Below, piece by piece: positions 7,254 through 17,537 of a stretch of DNA of 40,047 nucleotides. The position numbers and the translations under genes are program-made. Numbering within the stretch: the first letter of the stretch is position 1; each line of letters starts with the position of its first letter. The DNA comes from Anaeromyxobacteraceae bacterium (lineage in GTDB: Bacteria; Myxococcota; Myxococcia; Myxococcales; Anaeromyxobacteraceae), in assembly GCA_035655915.1 (NCBI GenBank), contig DASRTO010000580.1, positions 1 to 40,047 of the forward strand. The letters run 5' to 3'. Under the pieces are notes generated by a model. The model searched no databases. It was not told the origin of the DNA and was given only the letters and a program-made list of their open reading frames with translations.

Positions 7254-9198
7254 GCGCCGGGAGCGCCGGCTTCACCGGGAGACCGTCCGGCTTCTCCCGA
7301 GGCTGGCCAGGCGCCTCTTCGGCAGGGGCCTCCCCCATGATCTCCCTCGCCGACTCCATCTCGCCCTCCTCGGCGAAGGCCGCCGCGGCCATGGCGGCCG
7401 CGAGCCCGGGCCGGAGCGGCCGGCGCTCCTCAACCGCCGGCGCCAGGGCCCGGCAGCGCGCGAATACCTGCTTCCGGCAGGCCCGGCACACGGACTTGTC
7501 GAGCCGGGCGTCGATGGTCTCGATAGCGCGGTCGAGGTCGTCGAAGATGTTCCCCTCGCCGATCTCCTCGAGGTAGCCGCCCCGGCGCAGCACCTCCAGG
7601 GTGCGCCGCTTGACGCCGACGAGGTACAACCCTCCCCCCATGCGGCGGCGGCGCCGCGCCTCCTGCACCAGCATCTCGGCGCCGGCGACGTCGACGAAGT
7701 TGATGCTGTGAGCCACCACCAGCACGTGCTTCTGCTGCCGGTCGTCGGAGTCGCCGGCGTGCAGGACCTGCTGCACGTGGCTCACCGCCCCGAAGAACAG
7801 GGAGCCGTGGACCTCGACGATCTTGAGCTGGGCGCACTCCGGCTGCTCCGCCTCGCCGGGGAAGGGTCGGGGCGCCTGGTCTTGGGCTGGGACCATGGAG
7901 GCCACCAGCGGGCGGGAGGTGCGAGAGAGGTAGAAGCCCAGCGACAGGATCACCCCCACGTAGATGGCGAACTCCAGGTCCAGGAAGAGGGTGGAGAGGA
8001 AGGTGGCCGCCAGGATGACGGTCTCCGAGCGGCTGGCCCGAGCGATGGCGCGGATGTGGTGGAAGTCGATGAGCCCCCAGGCCACCAAGAAGAGGATCCC
8101 CGCCATGGCGGCGACCGGGAGGTAGGCGGCCAGGGGCGCCACGAGGATCAGGACCGCCGCCAGGAAGAGGGCCGCGAACACCGCCGCCAGCGGGGTCCTG
8201 GCCCCGGCCTCGTAGTTGAGTCCGCTGCGGTTGAAGGAGCCGCTGGAGGCGTAGCTGGAGAAGAAGCTCCCAACCATGTTGGAGAGCCCCTGGCCGATGA
8301 ACTCCTGGTTGCCGTCGATGCGCTGCTCCGAGCGCACCGCGATGGCGCGGGCGATGGACACCGCCTCGGTGAGGGCCAGCATGGTGATGGCGAAGGCGTT
8401 CCCGCCGAGCTGCTTCACCACCTCGGCCGAGAGCATCGGATGCGACAGCGGCGGCAGGGAGCGGGGGAGCGCCCCCACGGTGCGGATGCCGGTGACGGCC
8501 GGCCCGAAGATCCGATCCAGCACCACGCCGGCCAGGCTCCCCACCAGCATGGCCGCGATCATGTAGGGAAAGCGGCGGGCGTAGCGACGGACCAGGATGC
8601 CGGTGAGCAGCGTGATGGCGCCCACCGCGGTGACGTAGGGGCTCGCCTCCCCGGCCTGCGCCACCATGCCGCGCAGGATCTGGGCGAAGGAGGCGCCCCG
8701 GGGGATGGCGACGCCGAAGAAGTTCTTGAGCTGGCTGGCGGCGATGAGGATGGCGGCGCCGGCCGTGAAGCCGATGACCACCGTGTGGGAGATGAAGTTG
8801 ACGAGCGTCCCGAGCCGACCCAGCCCCATGGCCAGCTGCATGGCCCCCACCAGGAACGTCAGCGTGAGCGCCAGCGAGACGTAGTGGGCGCTCCCGGGCT
8901 CGGCCAGCGGGCTGATGGCGGCGAAGACCACGATGGAGATGGCGGTGGTGGGCCCCGAGACCAGGTGCCAGGAGGAGCCGAACAGCGCCGCCACCACCGC
9001 CGGCACCATGGCGGTGTACAGGCCGTACTCGGGCGGCAGGCCGGCGATGGTGGCGAAGGCCACCCCCTGCGGCAGCACGACGAGGGACCCGGTCAGCCCG
9101 GCGAGCAGGTCCGCGCGCAGCGAGGCGCCGTCGACCCTGGACCGCCAGCCCAGGAACGGGAGGGCGCCCCGCAGCCACGGGAAGCGCCGGTCGAGCAT
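7231..9198 (-). CDS. SulP-family anion transporter with a STAS domain and a C-terminal Cys-rich + AAAAFAEEGE tail
   Basis: 655 aa. The N-terminus ..LLAGLTGSLVVLPQGVAFATIAGLPPEYGLY.. is typical SulP. A STAS-like region follows (..IVEVHGSLFFGAVSHV..LYLVGVKRRTLEVLRRGG..). It is followed by CRACRKQVFARC and MAAAAFAEEGEMESAREIM (7336-7392). Confidence 0.9.
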   Translation of the reverse strand: MLDRRFPWLRGALPFLGWRSRVDGASLRADLLAGLTGSLVVLPQGVAFATIAGLPPEYGLYTAMVPAVVAALFGSSWHLVSGPTTAISIVVFAAISPLAEPGSAHYVSLALTLTFLVGAMQLAMGLGRLGTLVNFISHTVVIGFTAGAAILIAASQLKNFFGVAIPRGASFAQILRGMVAQAGEASPYVTAVGAITLLTGILVRRYARRFPYMIAAMLVGSLAGVVLDRIFGPAVTGIRTVGALPRSLPPLSHPMLSAEVVKQLGGNAFAITMLALTEAVSIARAIAVRSEQRIDGNQEFIGQGLSNMVGSFFSSYASSGSFNRSGLNYEAGARTPLAAVFAALFLAAVLILVAPLAAYLPVAAMAGILFLVAWGLIDFHHIRAIARASRSETVILAATFLSTLFLDLEFAIYVGVILSLGFYLSRTSRPLVASMVPAQDQAPRPFPGEAEQPECAQLKIVEVHGSLFFGAVSHVQQVLHAGDSDDRQQKHVLVVAHSINFVDVAGAEMLVQEARRRRRMGGGLYLVGVKRRTLEVLRRGGYLEEIGEGNIFDDLDRAIETIDARLDKSVCRACRKQVFARCRALAPAVEERRPLRPGLAAAMAAAAFAEEGEMESAREIMGEAPAEEAPGQPREKPDGLPVKPALPALTASGGG

Positions 9199-9227
9199 GG
9201 CGAGGCGAGCGCCCAGGAGACCGCCCC

Positions 9228-9413
9228 CTAGGCCCTAGAGGCCTTGGCGTGGGTGGGGACCAGGCGGGGCGGCCGGCGCATCGGCTTCTGCTCGTCGCCG
9301 GGCGCGTCCGCGTCGGTCTCCGCCAGCATCTCCCTCGCGGTCTCGACCTCGCCCTCCTCGGCGAACGCCGCGGCGGCCATGAGCGTCCCGATCTTCTCCC
9401 AAAGCTTCTTCAC
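9228..9413 (-). CDS. Mini-protein (61 aa) carrying the recurrent AAAAFAEEGE module
   Basis: A GTG at 9413 is preceded by GGGAGGG at 5-nt spacing. The product begins VKKLWEKIGTLMAAAAFAEEGEVETAREMLAE.., and the ORF ends 29 nt upstream of sulP. The longer 9228..9710 version was rejected because of its Arg/Pro-rich N-terminus. Confidence 0.6.
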   Translation of the reverse strand: MKKLWEKIGTLMAAAAFAEEGEVETAREMLAETDADAPGDEQKPMRRPPRLVPTHAKASRA

Positions 9414-9515
9414 GACCGCCCTCCCTGCTCGCGCCCACTGAAACGAGCTGGACACCCGCTGCGGCCCGGGCCCGGCGCGGCCGTCCTGGTTCCGGGTTCC
9501 ATGACCCGACGTCGT

Positions 9516-9531
9516 AGCAGGCCGCATGCCA
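9516..9531 (-). promoter_or_regulatory. Sigma-54-type promoter candidate TGGCATG-N4-CTGCT
   Basis: The minus-strand reading is TGGCATGCGGCCTGCT, with exact GG-N10-GC spacing. It lies about 100 nt upstream of the GTG at 9413 (mini-ORF + sulP). Confidence 0.55.
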
Positions 9532-9767
9532 CTGCCTTCCCGTGCCGTTCCGGGCGATTTTCCGGCCCCAGGCGGTGGCCGGGCGTGAAGGAGCGATGCG
9601 CGATGCAACAGCTCCCTCGGCCGGCGGCGGCCGCGCCCTCGCCTGAGGCCCTGGAAATGCCGTGGCGGAGCGTAAGACGTCCGGCTGAACCGGATAGTTG
9701 CAGTCTGCAACAGGCAGCGCCACGGGACGGCCCGGAAACCAGGCGGCTTTCGGACGGCCCGCCTCGT

Positions 9768-10265
9768 CTAGCGGTCGTCGAGGGTGAAGATGGGGACGCT
9801 CACGCCGGCGAAGCGGGTCCTGGGCGCGAGATCGGGCTCGATGAGCAGGAAGGCGATCCGCCGGAAGCGGCGCCTGGCCTCGGCGACGGCCCGCTCCGGG
9901 TCGCCGCTCCGGACGGCGTGGACGAAGGGAATGCCCCGCTCGGCCGCCCGGGCGCCGAACACCTCGCCCGGGAGCCAGTCGCCGCGCTCCCGCTCGCCTC
10001 CCAGCCTCGCCACCAGCCTCCTCACGGCCGTGGGCACGCTCAGGGCGACGAGGCCGAAGCGCAGCCGCTCGGCCATGCCCAGCGAATCCTCGACCATCCT
10101 CGGGGAGAAGCCGGAGGCCGCGCTCACGGCCAGGATCCGCTCCCTCCGCTCCGCCGCGTCGTCGGGAAACACCTCGGCGGCGATGCGCTTCGCCTGGTCC
10201 GTCTCCCCGGCTTCGGCGAAGGTCACCGCCTCCCAGAGGTCGTCGAACCTGTTCTTCCGCGACAT
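9768..10265 (-). CDS. Hypothetical protein with an N-terminal TFAEAGE module and a possible USP-like/Rossmann-like body
   Basis: 165 aa. The N-terminus is MSRKNRFDDLWEAVTFAEAGETDQAKRIAAE. The rest (..ILAVSAASGFS..VALSVP..GDPERAV..) is only weakly reminiscent of universal stress proteins. Confidence 0.6.
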   Translation of the reverse strand: MSRKNRFDDLWEAVTFAEAGETDQAKRIAAEVFPDDAAERRERILAVSAASGFSPRMVEDSLGMAERLRFGLVALSVPTAVRRLVARLGGERERGDWLPGEVFGARAAERGIPFVHAVRSGDPERAVAEARRRFRRIAFLLIEPDLAPRTRFAGVSVPIFTLDDR

Positions 10266-10319
10266 CCCTTCCGAGCCTCCTGGCCGGCACCGTGAACCGA
10301 GCCGTCCCGACCGTGGAGT

Positions 10320-10336
10320 AGCAAGAACGGGACCAG
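10320..10336 (-). promoter_or_regulatory. Sigma-54-type promoter candidate CTGGTCC-N5-TTGCT
   Basis: The minus-strand reading is CTGGTCCCGTTCTTGCT, with exact GG-N10-GC spacing and a perfect -12 TTGCT. It lies 55 nt upstream of the ATG at 10265. Confidence 0.55.
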
Positions 10337-10478
10337 TGCGGACACCCGCTCGAGTCCCAGACCTCGCGCATCAGGCCTCGGGCAGGGGCAGGCTACAGGC
10401 CTCGGACCTCGGGCTTCAGGAACAACCTGCCAGGGGCGCTTCTCGCGAGGCCTGATGCCAGATGTCTGAAGCCTGCCG

Positions 10479-11858
<1,380 letters not shown>

Positions 11859-11861
11859 GGC

Positions 11862-13370
11862 TCAGGCGCTCCCCTCCTGCGCCGTCCCGGCGCCCGGGGC
11901 GGCCGCGCCCGGCCGAAGGCGCGGCAGCGTGATGTGGAAGGTGGTGCCCTGGCCGGGCGCGCTCTCCACCCGGATGGTCCCCCCGTGCTGCTCCACGATG
12001 TGGTGGGTCAGGTACAGGCCCAGGCCGGTCCCCTCCCCCACGTCCTTGGTGGTGAAGAAGGGGTCGAAGATCCGGTCCAGGAGCGGGGCGGGGATGCCCG
12101 CGCCGGTGTCCCGGAACACCATCTCCACCCGGTCCCCGGCCGGCCGCGCCGAGATGGCGATCCGGCTCTCCCGGCCGGGGTCGCGCATGGCGTCGACGGA
12201 GTTGGTGACCAGGTTGATGAGGGCCTGCTCCAGCCGGGTCTTGTCCGCCGGGACCTCCAGGTCGGAGGGGACGTCCACCTCCACCGAGACGTGCGGCGGC
12301 ACCTCGCCGCGGCAGAGGATGAGCGAGCCGCGCACCGCCGAGAGGAGGTTGGTGGAACGGCGCTGGCCGTTCTCGCGGCTGAAGTCCAGGACGGTGCGGA
12401 TGATGTCTGTGGCCCGGTCGGTCTGGGAGACGATCTGGTCGATGAGCTCGCGACGCTCCCGCGGATCGGCCCGCTCGTTCTCCTCCTTGAGGATCTCGGC
12501 GGAGGTGGAGACGTTGGAGAGCGGGTTGTTGATCTCGTGGGCGATGCCCGCCAGCATGGTCCCCAGCGAGGCCAGCCGCTCCGACTGGATGGCGTCCTGC
12601 CGGTGCTCGAAGATCTCCCGGATCATCCGGTTGAAGGCCCGATTCATGGAGGAGATCTCGGCGGCGACCTTCCCCTCTGGGAGTAGCTGGTAGCCGCCGG
12701 AGGCGATCCGCTGCATCTGGGCCTCCAGCTCCCGGAGCGGGCGGATGGCGGTGGCGTGGACCAGGCGCGCCACGATGGCCGTCCCCACCAGGAAGACCAC
12801 CACCAGCACCACCAGGGCGCGCCGACCCGAGCGGAGCATCCCCTGGACGTTCCGGCCCTCCACCAGGGCCTGCCGCTCGGCGATCCCGGTGATGCGGCGG
12901 CCCAAGTCCCGGATGTCGGCCTCGAGCCCCGGCGCCGCCCGCGACCGGTCGCCGGCGGGACCGGCGCCGGCCTCGCGGAGGAGGGCGGCGTACCGCCCGA
13001 GGAGCGCCGTGGTTCGCTCCGGGGTGACCTGGTCCGGCCCGCCCTGGTCGGCGGAGGCGAAGAACCGAAGCCAGCGCGGCTGCCGCGAGGCCCCGGCCCG
13101 GGCCGTCGCCAGGGCGCTCGCCGACTCGGCGTACTTGATCGCCGCCTCCAGGTCGTCGCGCTGGCCGTAGAGAAGGTAGTTCTTCTCGTAGCGCCGCATC
13201 TCCAGCGCCATGTCGAGGAAGCGCGAGACCCCGAAGTAGGACTCCACCTCCTCCTCGGCCACGCTCAGGCTCACGAACAGGAGCGAGGCCACCGCCAGGA
13301 GGACGAGGAAGCTCAGGGCGTAGCCGGTCGCGATCTTGCCGCGGATGCTGGTCATCCTGGGGAGCATCAC
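11862..13370 (-). CDS. Sensor histidine kinase (2 TM, HAMP, HisKA, HATPase_c)
   Basis: H-box LAGIAHEINNPL. The N, G1 and G2 boxes are LINLVTNSVDA, DTGAGI and GTGLGL. Its stop lies 3 nt from the downstream EBP start. Confidence 0.9.
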   Translation of the reverse strand: MMLPRMTSIRGKIATGYALSFLVLLAVASLLFVSLSVAEEEVESYFGVSRFLDMALEMRRYEKNYLLYGQRDDLEAAIKYAESASALATARAGASRQPRWLRFFASADQGGPDQVTPERTTALLGRYAALLREAGAGPAGDRSRAAPGLEADIRDLGRRITGIAERQALVEGRNVQGMLRSGRRALVVLVVVFLVGTAIVARLVHATAIRPLRELEAQMQRIASGGYQLLPEGKVAAEISSMNRAFNRMIREIFEHRQDAIQSERLASLGTMLAGIAHEINNPLSNVSTSAEILKEENERADPRERRELIDQIVSQTDRATDIIRTVLDFSRENGQRRSTNLLSAVRGSLILCRGEVPPHVSVEVDVPSDLEVPADKTRLEQALINLVTNSVDAMRDPGRESRIAISARPAGDRVEMVFRDTGAGIPAPLLDRIFDPFFTTKDVGEGTGLGLYLTHHIVEQHGGTIRVESAPGQGTTFHITLPRLRPGAAAPGAGTAQEGSA

Positions 13371-13455
13371 TTGCTGGGGAGCATCGACCTGCCCTCGCCG
13401 GTTCGCCTGTTGCCGGGTGCAGCGGTGATTCTACGCGAAGGCAGTTGCATTTCGC

Positions 13456-13471
13456 AGCAGGCCTGGTGCCC
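13456..13471 (-). promoter_or_regulatory. Sigma-54-type promoter candidate GGGCACC-N4-CTGCT
   Basis: The minus-strand reading is GGGCACCAGGCCTGCT, with exact GG-N10-GC spacing and the same -12 (GGCCTGCT) as the 9516 element. It lies about 85 nt upstream of the kinase start at 13370. Confidence 0.5.
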
Positions 13472-13492
13472 CCGGGGAAGCCCGGCGGCGCA

Positions 13493-13882
13493 TCAGGCCC
13501 GGCCGGCGCGCCCGCCGCTGGCCGCCGCGCTTCGGATCTTCTCCACCAGCTCGCCGATGTCCACCGGCTTGACGAGATAGTCGAAGAGCCCGCGCTGCAT
13601 GCCCTCGACGGCGGCGCCGGCCGACCCGTGGCCCGTGATCAGGATGGCCTCGAACGGCGGCGCCTCCTGCTTGAGCAGGGTCAGCGTGGCCAGCCCGTCG
13701 ATCCCCGGCATCTTGAGGTCGAGGAGGATCACCTGGGGCGCGAACCCGGCGCGGATCCGTTCCACGGCCTCGTCGGCCCCGCTCGCGGCCTGGGCGTCGA
13801 AGCCCCGCAACTGGAGCCGCTCCGCCAGCGCGGCGGCGAAGTCGACCTCGTCGTCCACGATGAGCACCCGCACCTTACCCAC
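13493..13882 (-). CDS. Stand-alone response-regulator receiver protein
   Basis: 129 aa with canonical receiver residues: VLIVDDE, ILLDLKMPGIDG, AILITGHG and DYLVKPV. Confidence 0.9.
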   Translation of the reverse strand: MGKVRVLIVDDEVDFAAALAERLQLRGFDAQAASGADEAVERIRAGFAPQVILLDLKMPGIDGLATLTLLKQEAPPFEAILITGHGSAGAAVEGMQRGLFDYLVKPVDIGELVEKIRSAAASGGRAGRA

Positions 13883-15605
13883 TCTGGCCGCTCCCCGCCT
13901 CGCCCGGTGGCAGCGGGAAGGTGACCGTGAAGACCGTCCCGCTTCCGGCCTCCGCGCCTGACACGCTGATCTCGCCTCCCAGCTTCTTCACCAGGCCGTA
14001 GGTGATGGACAGGCCCAGGCCGGCGCCGTGGCGCTCGGTCCCCTTCTTGGTGGTGAAGAAGGGCTCGAAGATCTTCTGCCGGATCTCCGCCGGGATGCCG
14101 TGGCCGTCGTCCCGGACGTCGATGCGGACCGAGTGATCCGCCCGGCGCGACGCGATCTGGATCAGGCCTCCCCGGTCCACGGCGTCGATGGCGTTGTTCA
14201 CGATGTTGAGGAAGATCTGCTGCAGCTGTCCGGTGTCGCTCTCGATGGGCGGGAGGCCGGCGTCGAGCGCCTGCTCGATGCGGATGCCGCGGAACATGGC
14301 CTCCCGGTCGAGGAATCCGACCACCTCGCGGATCACGTCGTTCACCTGGACCTGCTGGAGCCGGACGTCCATGCGCCGGGCGAACCCGAGCAGCCGGTGG
14401 GTGATGACCCGGGCTCGACCCACCGCGGCCTCGAGGTCGCCCAGCTCCCGGGCGAACTTCTCGCGGTGGGGCATCTCCTGGGAGAGGTCGACGAGGTCCT
14501 TCATCAGCCCCGCCTTCTCCTTGATGACCGCCAGGGGGTTGTTGATCTCGTGGGCCACGCCGGCGGCCAGGCGGCCGATGGAGGCGAGCTTGCCGGTGTG
14601 CTCCGACTCCTTGATCAGGGATTCCCGCGCCTCCTCCGCCTCGCGGATCCGGTTGGCCAGCGGCTTGGCCATGCCCACCACCAGCAGGCCGACCGCCAGC
14701 GCCGTCACCAGCGACACCGCCAGGAGTTGGGTCCGGAAGGCGGACCAGAGCCGGCTCTCGCCCCGCTCCAGCACCAGGATCCACGGCGTGCCCTGGACGT
14801 GGCTGGTCGACCGCAGGACCGCCTCGCCGCCGCGCATGACGCGGGCCACGTCGGTCCCGCGCTTTCCCGGCAGCGAGGGGAGCGCGAACCCGGAGGAGGC
14901 CCTCCCGTAGTAGCGCGAGGAGCTCTGGAGGACGCCGTCGTCGCTGACGAGGAAGATGTCGTCGAGCAGGTCCGAGCTGATGGTCTTGAGGTAGTGGTCC
15001 AGGGTCTCGGCATCGACGCTGGCGCGGACCACCCACGTCCCCTGCGCCGTGCCCTTGCTGGCGGCGATGACGAAGTGCGGGACGTTCCGGAAGCCCATGA
15101 AGACCTCGCTCAAGTGCACCTTGCGGACCAGCGTCTTGTTGAACCAGGGGCTGGCGCTGTAGTCCTTGCCGGCGAGGCGGTAGGGTCCGGCGTAGGCGAT
15201 CTGGATGCCCTCCGGGTCCACCAGGCTCAGGTCGACGAACGACCGGTGCTCCTCCTTGAGCCGGGAGAGGATCCGGGCCAGCCGCTCCTGGTCCGACAGC
15301 TCGGCCACCGTGTAGCCGGCCGAGGTCTCCACCACGCCGTGCCTGAGGCTGTCGAGGTACATCTCCAGGGAGTGAAGCGCCCGCTCGCCATGCCAGCGCA
15401 GGTGGTTCATCTCCTCCTGGTTCACCAGGCTCCGGAACTGGAAGTACCCGAAGCTGGCGGCCACCCCCAGCGGGACCAGGGCCACGCAGACCATGATGAG
15501 GAGCAGGCTCCGGCTGAGGACCGGCCGGCGCCAGTCCACGCCGGAGGCGCCCTTCCTCCCGCTCCGGGATGGGGATCCATCGCTCCTGGGCGTCCCTGGG
15601 CTCAT
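13875..15605 (-). CDS. Sensor histidine kinase with a periplasmic Cache-like domain
   Basis: The start is taken at the ATG at 15605 (MSPGTPR..), which overlaps the upstream stop as ATGA. The product has two TM segments, a Cache-like region (..PWFNKTL..HLSEVFMGFRNVPHFVIAA..), the H-box AAGVAHEINNPL and an HATPase (GAGLGL). Its 3' end overlaps the receiver gene by 8 nt. Confidence 0.85.
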   Translation of the reverse strand: MSPGTPRSDGSPSRSGRKGASGVDWRRPVLSRSLLLIMVCVALVPLGVAASFGYFQFRSLVNQEEMNHLRWHGERALHSLEMYLDSLRHGVVETSAGYTVAELSDQERLARILSRLKEEHRSFVDLSLVDPEGIQIAYAGPYRLAGKDYSASPWFNKTLVRKVHLSEVFMGFRNVPHFVIAASKGTAQGTWVVRASVDAETLDHYLKTISSDLLDDIFLVSDDGVLQSSSRYYGRASSGFALPSLPGKRGTDVARVMRGGEAVLRSTSHVQGTPWILVLERGESRLWSAFRTQLLAVSLVTALAVGLLVVGMAKPLANRIREAEEARESLIKESEHTGKLASIGRLAAGVAHEINNPLAVIKEKAGLMKDLVDLSQEMPHREKFARELGDLEAAVGRARVITHRLLGFARRMDVRLQQVQVNDVIREVVGFLDREAMFRGIRIEQALDAGLPPIESDTGQLQQIFLNIVNNAIDAVDRGGLIQIASRRADHSVRIDVRDDGHGIPAEIRQKIFEPFFTTKKGTERHGAGLGLSITYGLVKKLGGEISVSGAEAGSGTVFTVTFPLPPGEAGSGQSG

Positions 15606-15958
15606 GGCGTCCGGCCGGCGACGCTCCACGGGCCCGGGACGACCTCGCCCGCGCGCAGCTCGCTGGAGAGGAGCAGCCGCAGAGCACCCTCCCAGTTTCC
15701 GATGACCCTGTCCACCACCTGGACCTTCTTCCAGGTCAGGTACTGGTAGTGGACGTCCTCGATCCCGCCGCACACCACGTGGGTGATGCGCTCGGAGAGG
15801 ACCAGGCGACAGATCTCCTCCGCCGATGGGCCGGGCAGCAGCACCACCCGGGGCTCGGCGGTGAGCCGCCCCTTCCGGGCGCGGGCGATGAGCACCTCCC
15901 TGGCGAGATCGAAGCGAGGCGCCACCGTCTCCCCGAGCAGGGGGACGAGGAGGTTCAG
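15602..15958 (-). CDS. Small NifB/NifX-like (dinitrogenase Fe-Mo cofactor family fold) protein, start uncertain
   Basis: This is the C-terminal part of the 15602..17284 frame: LNLLVPLLGETVAPRFDLAREVLIA..THVVCGGIEDVHYQYLTWKKVQVVDRVIG.., which matches the PF02579-type pattern. There is no ATG; candidate starts are CTG 15958 or GTG 15925. Confidence 0.5.
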   Translation of the reverse strand: MNLLVPLLGETVAPRFDLAREVLIARARKGRLTAEPRVVLLPGPSAEEICRLVLSERITHVVCGGIEDVHYQYLTWKKVQVVDRVIGNWEGALRLLLSSELRAGEVVPGPWSVAGRTP

Positions 15959-15972
15959 GCTCCTCGAGCCGC

Positions 15973-17367
15973 TCAGGCCATCCCGTGCCGTCTCATCTTT
16001 CGCCACAGGGTGCTCCGTCCCCAGCCGAGCTTCCTCGCCGCCTCGCCGCGGTGTCCGCGGCACTCGACCAGCGCCTCCATGATCATCCTTCTCTCCACCT
16101 CGCTCCAGGTCGCCTTGCCCGGGAGGCCGCCCAGGCCCCCCCGCGCTCCGTCCAGGCCGCCTGCGCTGGAGCCGGCGCTCGCCGGCGGCTCGACGGGCTC
16201 CGGCGCCGCCCCCCGCAGGACGTAGTCGGGAAGATCCCCGGGCCGGACCAGCTCCTGGCGGCAGACGGTGGCCGCGTGCTCCACGATGTTCCGAAGCTCG
16301 CGCACGTTTCCCGGGTAGGCGTAGCGCTCGAGGACCGCCAGGGCCTGCGGCGACAGGCCCTTCACGGCCTTGCCGAGCCCCCTGGCGAATCGCTCCAGGA
16401 AGTGGTCGGTCAGGAGGCGGACGTCCCCTTCCCGTTCTCGCAGCGGGGGCAGGTGGATGCCGAGGACGTTCAGGCGAAAGTAGAGGTCCTGCCTGAAGCG
16501 TTCGCGGGCCACCAGCTCCTTGAGGTCCCGGTGCGTGCCGGCGATGACCCTCACGTCCACCTCGACCTGCCTCGAGCTGCCGAGCGGGTAGAAAGCCCGG
16601 TCGTCGAGCGCGGTGAGGAGCTTGCCTTGGAGCGGAAGGGGCAGGTCGCCGATCTCGGTAAGGAAGATGGTGCCTCCCTGGGCCAGCCGGAACATGCCGG
16701 GCTTGTCCGCGTGCGCGCCGGTGAAGGCCCCTCGGGAATGCCCGAAGAGCTCGGACTCGAGGAGGCTCTCGGGCAACGCGCCGCAGTTCACCTTCACGAA
16801 CGGGGACTTGGCTCTCCGCGATGCTCGATGGACGGCCTCGGCCAGGAGGTCCTTGCCCGTGCCGGTCTCCCCGGTGATGAGGAGCGTGGCGTCGGTGTTG
16901 GCCACCACCGGCACGAACTCGAGGACCTCCTGCATCCGCGGGCTGCTGGCCACGAGGTCGGGAAGCGAGCGCGGCCCCTGCGCCAGGGCGTCCAGCTTCT
17001 GGATGACCGAGACGTCCTCCACGAAGAGGAGGATCGCCGCCGGGCTCGGGCCCGGCCCCTTGAGCGGGGCGGCGGTGATCCGCACCGGCACGCGCCTCCG
17101 GTCGGCGCTCACCACGTCCGACTCCATCGAGACCGGCGCCCCGGTGCGGATGGGCTCGCCGAAGGGAGACCGCTCGTGACTCGATCGGTTCCGGATGACG
17201 TGGCCGCCCGGGACGCCCGCCACGTCCTCGGAGGCGTGGCCCGTCAGGGCTTCCAGGCGGCTGTTCATGGCCAGCAGCCGGCACTCGCCGTCGAGGAGGG
17301 CCGCGCCGTGGGGCAGCCCGTTCAGGATCTCGAGCGACTCGCGAGCCACGCTTTCAAAACGTTTCAT
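15973..17367 (-). CDS. Sigma-54 enhancer-binding protein with an N-terminal PAS sensor (no receiver domain)
   Basis: The start is taken at ATG 17367, with GGAG 5 nt upstream. The PAS-like N-terminus is ..LNGLPHGAALLDGECRLLAMNSRLEALTG... The AAA+ domain has GETGTGKD and RGAFTGA. The HTH is RGEAARKLGWGRSTLWRKMRRHG. Confidence 0.9.
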   Translation of the reverse strand: MKRFESVARESLEILNGLPHGAALLDGECRLLAMNSRLEALTGHASEDVAGVPGGHVIRNRSSHERSPFGEPIRTGAPVSMESDVVSADRRRVPVRITAAPLKGPGPSPAAILLFVEDVSVIQKLDALAQGPRSLPDLVASSPRMQEVLEFVPVVANTDATLLITGETGTGKDLLAEAVHRASRRAKSPFVKVNCGALPESLLESELFGHSRGAFTGAHADKPGMFRLAQGGTIFLTEIGDLPLPLQGKLLTALDDRAFYPLGSSRQVEVDVRVIAGTHRDLKELVARERFRQDLYFRLNVLGIHLPPLREREGDVRLLTDHFLERFARGLGKAVKGLSPQALAVLERYAYPGNVRELRNIVEHAATVCRQELVRPGDLPDYVLRGAAPEPVEPPASAGSSAGGLDGARGGLGGLPGKATWSEVERRMIMEALVECRGHRGEAARKLGWGRSTLWRKMRRHGMA

Positions 17368-17537
17368 TGAGTCTCCACTATCCAGATCCCCCGCTCCCGC
17401 GTCAAGCGCCGCCACTGCTCCAGCTCCATCCCACCGAAAGAAGGCCAGCTCACGCTGGCCGAGCATGGCCCGAGCCTGGTCCGGCTGGCGTAGCACCCGC
17501 CAGCTCGGAAGCGGCTGAGCTGAGCCGCGTAGCACAC

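Noticed and set aside
4260-7576. Very long ORFs 4260..6887 (-, 875 aa) and 4388..7576 (+, 1062 aa) overlapping the 3399..6803 gene
   Set aside because: The translations are Arg/Gly/Pro/Ala low-complexity strings with no recognisable domains. These are typical GC-rich shadow frames of the real coding frame, which carries clear ATP-grasp and His-domain motifs.
7195-9231. ORFs 7195..9231 (+) and 7430..9178 (-) overlapping sulP
   Set aside because: They are shadow frames. Only the 7231..9198 (-) frame gives a SulP/STAS-like protein.
9414-9710. Longer 160-aa version of the mini-ORF (9228..9710) and the overlapping 378-aa ORF 9235..10371
   Set aside because: The extra N-terminal sequence is Arg/Pro/Gly-rich and runs across the sigma-54-like promoter. 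A GTG at 9413 with a strong RBS gives a product parallel to the 7041 mini-ORF.
9706-9722. Minus-strand TGGCGC-N6-TTGCA upstream of the mini-ORF/sulP unit
   Set aside because: The hexamers are good, but the GG-to-GC spacing is 11 instead of the invariant 10. The 9516-9531 element fits better.
15959-17284. Upstream 440 codons of the 560-aa ORF 15602..17284 (-)
   Set aside because: This part overlaps the sigma-54 EBP gene out of frame and is compositionally degenerate. Only the last ~118 codons resemble a real (NifX-like) protein.
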